A DNA stretch of 64,000 nucleotides, from the NCBI GenBank assembly GCA_043785125.1, contig JAYVXP010000212.1, positions 923 through 64,922 of the forward strand, read 5' to 3'. Shown here in pieces: positions 18,056 through 27,947 of the stretch (position 1 is the stretch's first letter; every line of letters begins with the position of its first letter). The notes beneath the pieces are model-generated. The model saw only the letters and a program-made list of their open reading frames with translations. It was not told where the DNA came from and made no database searches. Source of the DNA: Bacteroidia bacterium (GTDB lineage: Bacteria; Bacteroidota; Bacteroidia; Cytophagales; Cyclobacteriaceae). The translations under genes and the position numbers were made by a program.

Positions 18056-19353
18056 TGAGCTTATTCTTCTTTTTGAATTTTTTTCTTCTTCAGATTCAGG
18101 GGCCATCGATTACCGATGGGTATTCTTTTCCGCTATCGGTATTACCTGGTGATTCGCTGAACGTCTATCTGAATTCAAACGAAAAACTGAAGGATCATGC
18201 CATAAAGTTGTATGATCTGGAGGGAAAAGAAGTTGCCAGTTTCAAGGGGAATCTTTTCCCTCAGGAAAGGGTTGGACAAAAACCATGGGAAACTGGTTTT
18301 GGCTATAAACCATCGCTTAGGATTGTTGCCCCCCATCTTAAAAGCGGAGTGTACCTTTGGGAAAATAAGGTTCCCATAATTATCCGTGCCGACAATCCAA
18401 AAATAATTGTGGTCTATACCGCCAACAGAGAAAATGCTTATTGCAATGCGGGTGGCAAGGGTTTGTATGCCTATAATTCATCTGATAAAAAATCTGCGCC
18501 CATCGTTTCTTTTAAACGCCCTATTAACTTACCCAAACATTCAGAAGCCTTTTTGCGGTGGTTTGCAAAGCAGCATTACAAAGAAGTAGGCTATATCATT
18601 GATTCTGATCTGGATAATTATGCAGTGTTGAAAAAGGCAGACTTATTGCTTATTGTTGGGCATAGTGAATACTGGACACTGGCGGCGCGAAGGAATTTTG
18701 ACCGCTTTGTCAATGATGGGAAAGATGCATTGGTGCTTTCTGGCAATACGATGTGGTGGCACGTACGATACAGCAAGGATAAAGATCAGTTAATCTGTTA
18801 CAAACTCGTGCCGGACCCCATCAAGTCAAAGAAACTGAAGACCGTTAATTGGGTAGATCCTCAACTGGAGTATCCCATCACCAGTTCTGTTGGAGTAGAA
18901 TTTCCCAGAGCGGGGTATGCCACAAAAGAGGATAAGGGCTGGGATGGATATAAAATTATAACAAAATCGCCTTTGCTTGAAGGAACAAAGCTGAAGCCTG
19001 GGGATATTCTTAGTTTACGCAGTGATGAAACGGATGGAGCACCCTTGCTGGGGTTTGACAGCAAAGGATATCCCATCATTGATCAACAGTCGCTTGGATT
19101 TGAGAAAGTGGAGATCATCGGATTTGACCATGTATTCCGGACAAAAGATGGAGTTGCAACCTGGATTGTTTTCAAAAAGACAAAATCATCGGGCATTATC
19201 ATCAACACGGCTTCCACCGATTGGTGCTCATCACAGGGCATGGGAAATGCCGACATTCAAAAGATCACATTGAACATGATCAACAAATTGCTTCACAACG
19301 AGAACGTATTCTCGACGAAGGAAGACAACGCAAGTCAGCGGACGCAACCGTAA
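18052..19353 (+). CDS. Hypothetical protein, possibly with an N,N-dimethylformamidase-beta-subunit-like (GATase1-like) domain
   Basis: 433 aa. The ATG overlaps the rocD stop (ATGA). The GHSEYWT motif resembles one I recall from the DMFase large-subunit-like family. The product call is tentative. Confidence 0.55.
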   Translation: MMSLFFFLNFFLLQIQGPSITDGYSFPLSVLPGDSLNVYLNSNEKLKDHAIKLYDLEGKEVASFKGNLFPQERVGQKPWETGFGYKPSLRIVAPHLKSGVYLWENKVPIIIRADNPKIIVVYTANRENAYCNAGGKGLYAYNSSDKKSAPIVSFKRPINLPKHSEAFLRWFAKQHYKEVGYIIDSDLDNYAVLKKADLLLIVGHSEYWTLAARRNFDRFVNDGKDALVLSGNTMWWHVRYSKDKDQLICYKLVPDPIKSKKLKTVNWVDPQLEYPITSSVGVEFPRAGYATKEDKGWDGYKIITKSPLLEGTKLKPGDILSLRSDETDGAPLLGFDSKGYPIIDQQSLGFEKVEIIGFDHVFRTKDGVATWIVFKKTKSSGIIINTASTDWCSSQGMGNADIQKITLNMINKLLHNENVFSTKEDNASQRTQP

Positions 19354-19363
19354 CGGACCACTT

Positions 19364-20353
19364 TCATCCATTTAATGTCTTCATGCTGGCTTCCGCATAG
19401 CGCTGCCCCGCTGCTGCTCCCTTTGGTGAAATGAGATCGATTTCTTTTATTTCCTCTTTTGTAAACTTTACCGTCAAAGCCCCAACATTTTCTTCGAGGT
19501 ACTTGATTCGCTTTGTACCTGGGATGGGGAAAAGATAGTCACCTTGTGCAAGCACCCATGCCAACGCAAGTTGTGAGGGGGTGCATCCTTTTTTTCGAGC
19601 CTGGTCTTCGAGTCTTTTTACCAGGTCTAGATTCTTTTGAAAATTGTTTCCCTGAAAGCGCGGTGAATAGCGTCGGAAATCATTGGCATCAAAATCTTCC
19701 AGCTTCTTGATTTGTCCGGAGAGAAATCCGCGACTCAGTGGACTGTAAGGGACAAATGCAATTCCCAATTCTTTGCATGTGGCTAGAATTTCCTCTTCCG
19801 GTTCGCGGCTCCAGAGCGAATATTCACTTTGCACAGCGGTAATCGGATGCACTTTATGGGCCCTGCGCAGCGTAGCAGCCGAGACTTCCGAAAGCCCCAC
19901 AGCTCGGATCTTACCTGCTTTGACCAGGTCACCCATTGCGCCAACCGTTTCTTCAATGGGTGTTGATGGATCGACACGATGCAAATAATACAGATCAATG
20001 ACGTCGATGTTGAGCCGTTTCAAACTTGCATCGCAAGAAGACTTTGCATATTCCGGTGTTCCATTAATACTCCGCTGGGTTGGGTCTGCCGGGTTTCGCA
20101 CAATGCCAAATTTTGTGGCGATGGTTAGCTCATGGCGTTTGCCGGCTACGGCTTTGCCGACTAGCACTTCATTGGTAAGGGGCCCGTAACTGTTGGCCGT
20201 ATCCAGAAATGTTACACCCAGATCAAACGCACGGTGAATAACCCGAATCGATTCGACATCATCTGCCGCCCCGTAAAATTCGGACATCCCCATACATCCC
20301 AAGCCGAGTTGAGATGCTTTCAATCCCTGCGATCCAAGATTTCTGATTTGCAT
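19364..20353 (-). CDS. Aldo/keto reductase
   Basis: [31 protein letters not shown]. Start set to the ATG at 20353 (the tracked ORF begins at an upstream TTG). Confidence 0.9.
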   Translation of the reverse strand: MQIRNLGSQGLKASQLGLGCMGMSEFYGAADDVESIRVIHRAFDLGVTFLDTANSYGPLTNEVLVGKAVAGKRHELTIATKFGIVRNPADPTQRSINGTPEYAKSSCDASLKRLNIDVIDLYYLHRVDPSTPIEETVGAMGDLVKAGKIRAVGLSEVSAATLRRAHKVHPITAVQSEYSLWSREPEEEILATCKELGIAFVPYSPLSRGFLSGQIKKLEDFDANDFRRYSPRFQGNNFQKNLDLVKRLEDQARKKGCTPSQLALAWVLAQGDYLFPIPGTKRIKYLEENVGALTVKFTKEEIKEIDLISPKGAAAGQRYAEASMKTLNG

Positions 20354-20477
20354 AATGGTATGGTTCAATTATTAATTTAATGACTAACAAACCCGTTAAG
20401 GTAAAGTTCATTTTTTTGACCGACTCGGAAATTAGTCATATCGGCATCATCAATTATGATGGGTAGCAACTTCGTTG

Positions 20478-21470
20478 TTAAAAAACAATTTCGAGCAATG
20501 CCAGGAGAAGGGGAATCAATAGAGCAGTGATTAATTGCCAGAGCGTATTGATATTAAAAGGCCATTCGTTCATGTTTTTCAGGTGTTCCTGAAGTTCAAA
20601 TAATTCCTTGAGCCGTTGCATATTTTCAGAAGACGGATCGTCGAGTGATTTTTCAAGGGCTTGTTCGAGGTGATGAGAAAAGGAGAGAATTCGTTGTTCC
20701 TTCTCGTTTGACATGATCCGGTGAATACCGATTTGCGGAAGCAGGAAAAAGCAAAAAATCAATATTGCACCTAACCCTTCCCACAGCAACACGGTGAAGT
20801 TGTTGCCCTGGCCCGCCAGAATAGTCGTCATGATAATCAACACAAAGCTGGAAGTGATGGCAATGGACATCTTAAAAAAGGACGCCCCCAATGCCTGCAA
20901 TCCTCTGCCAGAAAGTTGATTGAGCCGTATCCTCACACGGAATTGGATCAGTTGCATGGGGATTATTAAAACGTTAACCAGTGCCCACAAACTCATGCCC
21001 ACAAAAAAGAAACCCACGATGCGGTATCCGCTGCGCAAATTTTGAAGAATGGAATCATCGGGTGTGAAGGACCGTGCCAAATCGCCAATGGTGAAGTCTT
21101 CCAGCAAGGCAAAAAGGATTCCGGCCAACAACGGCCAAACACCCTGATAGCACCATTTTAGTTTCTGTTCATACCAGCTTCGCAATTCATGCTGATCGTG
21201 GTCAATGAAAAGGGCCAGGTCGGGATAGAGGTTGACCAGGACTTTGGAGCAATACACCACGTTGATGCAAATGGAAGCAAAGAACAATGAAATCGTGCCG
21301 AACGCGGCAATGTGATGGTGCCCGCCTGGAATGTTAAAAGAGTAAATGTAATCCGCGAGAAAAATGATTTCCCATAGGATAAGCAACGACATCCAATAAG
21401 GCAATGGGATTTTGTCGACCAGTCTGGCCGGATAAGACTTGATTGAAAGTGGGGTGGGTTCGGGGTCCAA
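20478..21470 (-). CDS. Hypothetical polytopic membrane protein
   Basis: 330-aa ORF with about 6-7 hydrophobic helices and a charged helical stretch before the last helix. TTG at 21470 or ATG at 21392, so the start is uncertain. No family recognised. Confidence 0.55.
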   Translation of the reverse strand: MDPEPTPLSIKSYPARLVDKIPLPYWMSLLILWEIIFLADYIYSFNIPGGHHHIAAFGTISLFFASICINVVYCSKVLVNLYPDLALFIDHDQHELRSWYEQKLKWCYQGVWPLLAGILFALLEDFTIGDLARSFTPDDSILQNLRSGYRIVGFFFVGMSLWALVNVLIIPMQLIQFRVRIRLNQLSGRGLQALGASFFKMSIAITSSFVLIIMTTILAGQGNNFTVLLWEGLGAILIFCFFLLPQIGIHRIMSNEKEQRILSFSHHLEQALEKSLDDPSSENMQRLKELFELQEHLKNMNEWPFNINTLWQLITALLIPLLLALLEIVF

Positions 21471-21557
21471 GGCAGTAGTTAAATGCGATGATAATAAAGT
21501 AAACTACAAGGTAAGATGACAATTAGTTTCCTTTCCTTTTCAAGCAAAGTAACAAAT

Positions 21558-21587
21558 AAAAAAAGGCTCCATAAGGGGCCTTTTTTT
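21558..21587. terminator. Rho-independent, potentially bidirectional terminator
   Basis: AAAAAAA-GGCTCC-ATAA-GGGGCC-TTTTTTT. A 6-bp stem (one G-U pair) with a tetraloop, flanked by A and T runs, 35 nt downstream of the stop of the 21622-22683 gene. Confidence 0.6.
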
Positions 21588-21621
21588 ATTGTTCTTATCG
21601 AACTCAAAACGGGTACCGGAC

Positions 21622-22683
21622 CTAGTCCAGCGCGACATATGCATTAAGCGGCAGGAATTCCATCATATCATCAAAGTATTGCCCTTGAAATCCTGTTGCA
21701 ACAAAACCTTGAGATTTATGGGTCTCATCGCCTATTACAAAAGCAACGGCCTGCGATCTTGCGGCCCGCTCGAATGGGGTCATAAGCGTATAGGTTTGAT
21801 TAGAAGGATCATACTGCCAGGTTGTATTGAGAATTTGTCCATTCGACCCTGTGGAAATGTATCCCAAATTATTAAGCGAAAAGGCTACAGCGTCATACCG
21901 CGTTACGGCAGCTCTGAAATTGTTGTACTGTGCGTCAGTCGTAAGCGGGGTACGCTCTACCCAAATTGAATCCACAATTCCACGGGTCAGAGCAGAAGGG
22001 TCAAACTCCCAGATGTCGTATGTGAAAGATCCATTGTTTACTCCGCCAAATAGATAAGTCTTTCCTTTGATGGTCATGGTGGCGGCTTGCTGACGTTTGT
22101 CCCCACGGATCGATTGGATTGACTTCCAGGTATCCAGGGTAGTATTGTACTGCCAAAAGTCGCCAAAATAATTACCGTTAGAGCCGGTTCCAAGGTAACC
22201 AAAAGTGCCATCGTCAAAGGCCACTGCATTGGAACGTGCCTCACCCGCAAAATCGTTTAGCTGTTTCCATTTGTAAGTAGTCGGGTCGTATTCCCAGAAG
22301 TCCCGGAGCTGTCTGACCGAATCGCGGTTATATCCGGTGCCAACATACCCTTTGCCATTTACGCTAAAGGCCACCGCCTGCTCGCGTCCCAGCCCCGGAA
22401 ATGGGGTAATGGAATCCCAAAGAAGTTGGGTCTGATCATAGACATAAAAATCTTTAGGGTAATCGACCAGAACGTTGTTAACATAGTTGTTAGCGTTGTA
22501 GCCAAGACCAACAAAAGCCTTGGTTCCAATCGTAAATGCTACTGCACCCGCCCTTGGATTACCCCTGTACGGGGATTGCTTGGTCCAATCTCCGAGGATA
22601 GCCGTAGGGCTTGATTTATTACACGAAGGAAAAATAAGTAAACTGCTAATGCAGAATATTCCGGCAATACGCAAAATTTTCAT
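21622..22683 (-). CDS. Kelch-like beta-propeller lipoprotein
   Basis: Lipoprotein signal (..LLIFPSC). Repeated units with A(V/A)AF..G.KG(Y/F)(V/L)G(T/L)G and W.YDP. Confidence 0.65.
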   Translation of the reverse strand: MKILRIAGIFCISSLLIFPSCNKSSPTAILGDWTKQSPYRGNPRAGAVAFTIGTKAFVGLGYNANNYVNNVLVDYPKDFYVYDQTQLLWDSITPFPGLGREQAVAFSVNGKGYVGTGYNRDSVRQLRDFWEYDPTTYKWKQLNDFAGEARSNAVAFDDGTFGYLGTGSNGNYFGDFWQYNTTLDTWKSIQSIRGDKRQQAATMTIKGKTYLFGGVNNGSFTYDIWEFDPSALTRGIVDSIWVERTPLTTDAQYNNFRAAVTRYDAVAFSLNNLGYISTGSNGQILNTTWQYDPSNQTYTLMTPFERAARSQAVAFVIGDETHKSQGFVATGFQGQYFDDMMEFLPLNAYVALD

Positions 22684-22699
22684 GACACCTAAGGTTTAT

Positions 22700-23983
22700 T
22701 CATTGATTGGATAACGAGATAAAATACAGTTTGATCTTCATTGCAAATTGACTCCTTTGATCGCCGATATAAAGACGGTTAAAGGTTGAGCGATATTGTT
22801 TATCATCCAGCAAAATTAGTAAACCGTTAATATTAAATGCATCGGTTTGGATTTGTGAGTTGACAAAACTGGTGACATCCGCCACATAGTGCGTATTTTG
22901 ACCCAATTCCAAATCCCTGGCCAGGGTTGCTCCTTGGGGAGAGGCAGTCAGAAGACGGTTTTGTCCGTCAACGCGAAAAATATACAATACTGGCGGTAGT
23001 GCACTTTGGCTCTTAAACTCTTTTATTGGGCTGAGCTCGAGCAGGGCACGGCTACAAATAAAATTCCGATTGTTGTATAGTAGATTCCTTAAGTAAGGCA
23101 TTTCAATGCGCATACCCAATCCTGTGCCGCACTGCAGGTACGCTTCATGATCGGAGAGATTGGAACTAACGAATTCATTCTTTTTTTTGATGGTGCTCAA
23201 TGGGGTTCCGTTACGGTTGACATGGACGTTGGTGAAATAGGCGTTGGGACCCACAATAAAAGAGACATGTTTATTATTAGACGATGCCGAGGTAAGATCG
23301 CGATAGTATAGCCGCATTTCAAGTGACTTAAACCCAATCATATTTCGGCTGCTTGTTGAATCCGGAATAAGTGCCAGACCTCTGAAAAAATTGATAAAAT
23401 TGGCATTAGTGGCCAGTCGATAATCAGCCGATTGTGCCATGGTCATCAGTTCCTGGCCAAGGGCATCCGGCAATATAATTTCAAGACTGTCTGAATGATG
23501 GGGGCGTGGCATAAATGTAAGCGTGCCGAGGGGTGTGCTGTCAATTGTAAATTTGCTGGTGTTGTAAAGGTAGCCCTTATTTAATCGGATGTCTTTCGAA
23601 AGTTGATAGACCGATATCGTTTGAGTTTGGGTTGTATCGTAATAAGAGTAGCCGTCCTTTTTAAGAAACAATCGAAGAGAAACGTACTCAGTAGAATGTA
23701 GACCCAGCCTGATGGGAATGTTTGTGCCCACTTGAAAAATACATTTTGCTGTCACCGCCCCCAATTTTTCATCTTCATGATAGCCCACCAGCAGGCGACC
23801 CGTATTGGAAGTAACCAATGAATCGGTGAGTATAGTTGAAACTTTTAGGGTGACGGAATCAACGTAGTTGATGTTAAATAAATTATTGACAAAAAGAGAT
23901 GATCCGATTTCAGAAACGCTGTTATGGCATCCGATCAACCCAACCTGAAAAAGAAGTAAAAAGACAATTATTTTTCCGCGCAT
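22700..23983 (-). CDS. DUF4270-like lipoprotein
   Basis: Signal plus lipobox (LIGC). Start set to the ATG at 23983. Assigned to the Bacteroidota-specific DUF4270 family from overall resemblance only. Confidence 0.55.
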   Translation of the reverse strand: MRGKIIVFLLLFQVGLIGCHNSVSEIGSSLFVNNLFNINYVDSVTLKVSTILTDSLVTSNTGRLLVGYHEDEKLGAVTAKCIFQVGTNIPIRLGLHSTEYVSLRLFLKKDGYSYYDTTQTQTISVYQLSKDIRLNKGYLYNTSKFTIDSTPLGTLTFMPRPHHSDSLEIILPDALGQELMTMAQSADYRLATNANFINFFRGLALIPDSTSSRNMIGFKSLEMRLYYRDLTSASSNNKHVSFIVGPNAYFTNVHVNRNGTPLSTIKKKNEFVSSNLSDHEAYLQCGTGLGMRIEMPYLRNLLYNNRNFICSRALLELSPIKEFKSQSALPPVLYIFRVDGQNRLLTASPQGATLARDLELGQNTHYVADVTSFVNSQIQTDAFNINGLLILLDDKQYRSTFNRLYIGDQRSQFAMKIKLYFISLSNQ

Positions 23984-24217
23984 AGATTCCAACACACCAC
24001 CTAAGAGAGCAAAGATTGACAGGCTTTAAAAAATTATCCGCAAAAGTAGAGATTTTAAGAACAAAAAGCACAATTTGCCCGCGGAAAGGTAAATCAAAGC
24101 CGAAATCGATTTTTTACAGGTATTGTTTGGCGATTAAACGTTAGAGTGAGTCATGTCATTGCCCGGTTTATGAACATAATTTCCGGTTTATTCCGGTGCA
24201 GGTTGTTGGGGAAGTTG

Positions 24218-25471
24218 ATGAATAATCTACTATTGATAGGCGTGCGGGCCATTATTGCCGTCATATTGTTTTTTTCCGTGACTTCGGTTGGTGCTCAAAC
24301 CATTACCGGCTCTGTCTATTCCTATTTCGGTATCGGACCATTGCAAGGAAGGTCCTCAGCCTACAACCGGGCATTGAGTTATACAGGGGTTGGTGTACGG
24401 GACGATTACAATATTAATGGAATGAATCCGGCTTCTTACAATGCCATAGTTAAACCGTTTACCACACTTTTTGAGATCGGTGGAAATTATGAATCGACTT
24501 TTCACGAAACCAATGTTGCGTCTTCCACATCTAAAACGGGAGGACTCAATGGTATTAATTTTATGGTTAGGCCTTCTGCGAAGTTAGGTTTGATGTTGGG
24601 CGCTACACCCCTAAGCAACATTTCATACAGGGCCTCCGCTACCACACAGTTTCCCGCTATCAGCGCCCCGGTTCCAGTTCTATACGAAGGATCAGGAGGT
24701 ATCAATCAATTTTATTTTGGGGCTGCTTATGAACTGTTCAAAAACTTTTCTTTCGGGGGAAATTTATCGTACTATTTAGGTACTATCAAAAAGATAGAGA
24801 CCGTTTCTCCCACGGCAGTGTCACCTCAACTGATTGTCAACAACCGAACGACCGCCCATAACTCAGGTTTTGATTTGGGAGCGCAATATTCCATCAATAT
24901 AAAGAAGACCAAGATTATTCTGGGCGCTACCTGGGATCCTGGAGCTTTCCTGAGCGGTTACCAGGCAAGTTCCGTGGTTAATCTGAATCTGGATACGCTT
25001 TCCAAGACGCTTCCCATTTACACGAGCTATCGCCTGCCACCAACGTATGGAGCGGGTTTTTCTTTGAAAACCAAGCGGTCAACCATTGCTGCGGATTTTC
25101 ACTTCATCGATTGGAAAAAAGCAGTGATGAATGATATCAGTAGCGTATCGTATCAAAATAGTATGAAGTATTCCTTCGGTTATGAGTTCCGAGGGGACCC
25201 CTACGCAATGAAGTACCTCAATTTAATTTCTTTCCGTGGCGGATTTTTTATTCAGGATTATCCGGTTGCTGTACCGACTTCATTTAAGACCTGGGGATAT
25301 ACATTCGGAATAAGTTTGCCGCTTGAAAACTACCGGTCATCTGTTAATGTCAATTATTCCTTCACCCAGGTGGGCACTACACAAGGCGGCCAGGTCAGAG
25401 AGCAATCGGGCAAGCTGGTGATCGATTTTATCATTCGTGATATTTGGGGCATCAAACGGAAATTTGACTAG
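24218..25471 (+). CDS. Putative outer-membrane beta-barrel protein
   Basis: Start set to the ATG at 24218, which gives a signal peptide (..FFSVTSVGAQ). Alternating aromatic/small residues and a C-terminal ..RKFD. No family recognised. Confidence 0.55.
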   Translation: MNNLLLIGVRAIIAVILFFSVTSVGAQTITGSVYSYFGIGPLQGRSSAYNRALSYTGVGVRDDYNINGMNPASYNAIVKPFTTLFEIGGNYESTFHETNVASSTSKTGGLNGINFMVRPSAKLGLMLGATPLSNISYRASATTQFPAISAPVPVLYEGSGGINQFYFGAAYELFKNFSFGGNLSYYLGTIKKIETVSPTAVSPQLIVNNRTTAHNSGFDLGAQYSINIKKTKIILGATWDPGAFLSGYQASSVVNLNLDTLSKTLPIYTSYRLPPTYGAGFSLKTKRSTIAADFHFIDWKKAVMNDISSVSYQNSMKYSFGYEFRGDPYAMKYLNLISFRGGFFIQDYPVAVPTSFKTWGYTFGISLPLENYRSSVNVNYSFTQVGTTQGGQVREQSGKLVIDFIIRDIWGIKRKFD

Positions 25472-25511
25472 CCTGTCCTTTACTGTCTTATTGAAATAAA
25501 GGAATTGCATA

Positions 25512-25973
25512 ATGATCAAACTGGGAATTTTCATTGTAGCCATCATTGGGTTTGCCCAGTCCTCATTCTCCCAGCAGGTTTACATGGAAAAAACCCTTGG
25601 CGGTGCCCGGTTTGAAACAGATACCTTGACACTCAGCTTGCGCCAGGTATCGGAATTGATTCAAGACAATCCTGCGGCCTATCGGGAGTTCAAAAAAGCA
25701 AAATTGAATTATAGTATATCAGGGGTGTTTGGATTTGCCGGAGGGGTGCTGGTAGCATTGCCGCTGGTTACAGCGGTTATCGGTGGCAAACCGGAATGGG
25801 GTTTTGCTGCCGCAGGGGGTGCCCTGATTCTGGTTTCGATTCCCTTCACACGCGGCTTTCACAAAAGAGCCGAGAATGCTTTAGAGGATTACAATGCAAA
25901 ATATCAGTCCCATCACATGAAGACGAATTTTTACTTCACCGGGGTGGGGGGCAAACTGGTGATTCGATTCTAG
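25512..25973 (+). CDS. Hypothetical membrane protein
   Basis: 153 aa with a signal peptide and two Gly-rich TM helices. Overlaps the ribD stop by 4 nt (convergent). Confidence 0.5.
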   Translation: MIKLGIFIVAIIGFAQSSFSQQVYMEKTLGGARFETDTLTLSLRQVSELIQDNPAAYREFKKAKLNYSISGVFGFAGGVLVALPLVTAVIGGKPEWGFAAAGGALILVSIPFTRGFHKRAENALEDYNAKYQSHHMKTNFYFTGVGGKLVIRF

Positions 25974-27016
25974 ACTCGCCGAAAGCCATTACCCCCTGAC
26001 GTCAGGATTTTTAATTCATCCGAAAATATTTGTTGTCCTGCTTTAAGGCTTCCTTTTATGTCCGGTGCAGCAATACCGGAGCCAAACGAATCAGGAGAAT
26101 AAAAAATGCGGGCCTCATCCCAATTTTCTGAATCAATAAAAAGCTGGAGCGTTTGGGCCCCGCCCTCTATGATCACCGATTGAATATTCCGTCTGTGTAA
26201 ATCACGAATTATTTGAAAGATAAAATCTTTTTCCTCCAATCGAATGAAAAGCAAATTCTTATGATCTTCGTTAATTAACAAGTTATAGCAAATCGTTTTT
26301 TGGGAGCCATCCCAAACCTTCAGAAGCTTTGGCAATCGGAGAGAGCGATCCAGCACAATGCGAACCGGATCCCTTCCTGACCATTCCCGCACATTGAGTT
26401 GGGGATCGTCGTGGGCCGAAGTATTTGTTCCTACCAGTACCGCGTCCTCTTCACTCCTCCACCGATGAACCAGCATTCGGGAATATTCATTGCTGATCCA
26501 TCTCGAATCATCATTGGCCCGTGCCACAAACCCATCAGAAGTTTGTGCCCATTTCAAAATAATATAAGGCCTTTGTTTTTCGATAAACGTGAAAAACCGT
26601 TTATTCAATTCGCGGCCCGCCTCTTCCAAAACACCGGTGACCACCTCAACACCGGCATCGCGTAATCTTTTGATTCCCTTGCCTGCGACCAACGGATTGG
26701 TATCCTTGTTGGAAATAATAACCTTTTTTACGTCGTGTTGAATTAGCAAATCTGCGCAAGGCGGCGTTTTTCCAAAATGAGCGCAAGGCTCAAGGTTGAC
26801 ATAAACGAAGCTGTTGATCAAAAGGCTTTTGTCGGCAACCGATTGGAGGGCATTTACTTCTGCATGGGCCCCACCGAAGTGGTGATGCCATCCTTCACCG
26901 ATAATTTTTTCATTGTGCACAATCACACAGCCCACCCTCGGATTGGGACTTACCATTCCAGCTCCAAGTTGGGCCAATTCGAAGGCCCGACGCATAAAAA
27001 GTTCGTCCTGTATCAT
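25970..27016 (-). CDS. ribD: Bifunctional riboflavin biosynthesis deaminase/reductase
   Basis: Deaminase zinc motifs HAEVNAL and PCAHFGKTPPC. C-terminal reductase domain. Confidence 0.92.
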   Translation of the reverse strand: MIQDELFMRRAFELAQLGAGMVSPNPRVGCVIVHNEKIIGEGWHHHFGGAHAEVNALQSVADKSLLINSFVYVNLEPCAHFGKTPPCADLLIQHDVKKVIISNKDTNPLVAGKGIKRLRDAGVEVVTGVLEEAGRELNKRFFTFIEKQRPYIILKWAQTSDGFVARANDDSRWISNEYSRMLVHRWRSEEDAVLVGTNTSAHDDPQLNVREWSGRDPVRIVLDRSLRLPKLLKVWDGSQKTICYNLLINEDHKNLLFIRLEEKDFIFQIIRDLHRRNIQSVIIEGGAQTLQLFIDSENWDEARIFYSPDSFGSGIAAPDIKGSLKAGQQIFSDELKILTSGGNGFRRV

Positions 27017-27051
27017 GAGGAATTCCTATCATTGCAAAGATCAATTTCGCG

Positions 27052-27924
27052 ATGACCAATTCCAAAGAACTATTCAGTCGACTGGTAAATAAAATTGTTT
27101 TGAATGAAAGCAAGGAAGAGGTCAAAAGCATCGCCTTTCTTCTGCTTGAGAATCAATTTGGGTTGACAAAAACCGATGTGCTGTTGGGGAAGGCATTGGA
27201 CAATTCCGATCCTGCCAAATTAGAAGAAATTATTTTGCGCATTAACCGTCAAGAGCCGATTCAATATATTTTGGGAGAAGCATGGTTTTATGGAAGAAAA
27301 TTCAAAGTAGATGCGGATGTATTGATTCCAAGACCCGAAACGGAGTTGATTGTTAAGGAATTAACCGGCAATCAATTTATTCCGCAGGCCGGCGGTTCTA
27401 TTCTGGATATCGGAACCGGGAGCGGTTGTCTTGCTGTCACACTCGCCAGGGAATTGCCCGGCAGGAAGGTAATTGCTACGGATGTTAGCGGGAAAGCGTT
27501 GAAGATTGCCATGGAAAATGCGAAACGGAATAAAGCATCTGTGGATTTTCTCCATCACAACATCCTTGTAGATGACCTTTCATTAATCGGAATTGAATTT
27601 ATTGTGAGCAACCCACCGTACATAACGCAAGCGGAAAAAAGTAAAATGAAGAAGAATGTTCTGGATTATGAGCCCTTCATTGCATTGTTTGTCCCCGATG
27701 AAGATCCATTGGTTTTTTACAAAGCCATCGCCCAAAAGGGAAGAAGAATATTGACCTCTGGCGGAAAGATCATCGTAGAGATCAATGCGCAATTCGGAAA
27801 AGAGACTGCCCAGCTATTTGCCAATGAAGGGTATCTGGATGTATTAATTAAGAAGGATTTTGCCAGCAAAGACCGTTTTGTGTTGGCCACGTCGATGGGC
27901 ATGGCCATGACGGGTGAGTTCTGA
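27052..27924 (+). CDS. prmC: Release factor glutamine N5-methyltransferase
   Basis: ILDIGTGSGC (SAM motif I) and SNPPYI (NPPY). Confidence 0.9.
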   Translation: MTNSKELFSRLVNKIVLNESKEEVKSIAFLLLENQFGLTKTDVLLGKALDNSDPAKLEEIILRINRQEPIQYILGEAWFYGRKFKVDADVLIPRPETELIVKELTGNQFIPQAGGSILDIGTGSGCLAVTLARELPGRKVIATDVSGKALKIAMENAKRNKASVDFLHHNILVDDLSLIGIEFIVSNPPYITQAEKSKMKKNVLDYEPFIALFVPDEDPLVFYKAIAQKGRRILTSGGKIIVEINAQFGKETAQLFANEGYLDVLIKKDFASKDRFVLATSMGMAMTGEF

Positions 27925-27947
27925 ACACATGGAATAGATAGGAAGTA

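Noticed and set aside
20478-21470. CorA-like Mg2+ channel assignment based on ..KNMNEWPF.. before the last helix
   Set aside because: A true GMN motif follows a transmembrane helix in a two-TM C-terminal module after a large soluble domain. Here there are about 6-7 helices and no such architecture.
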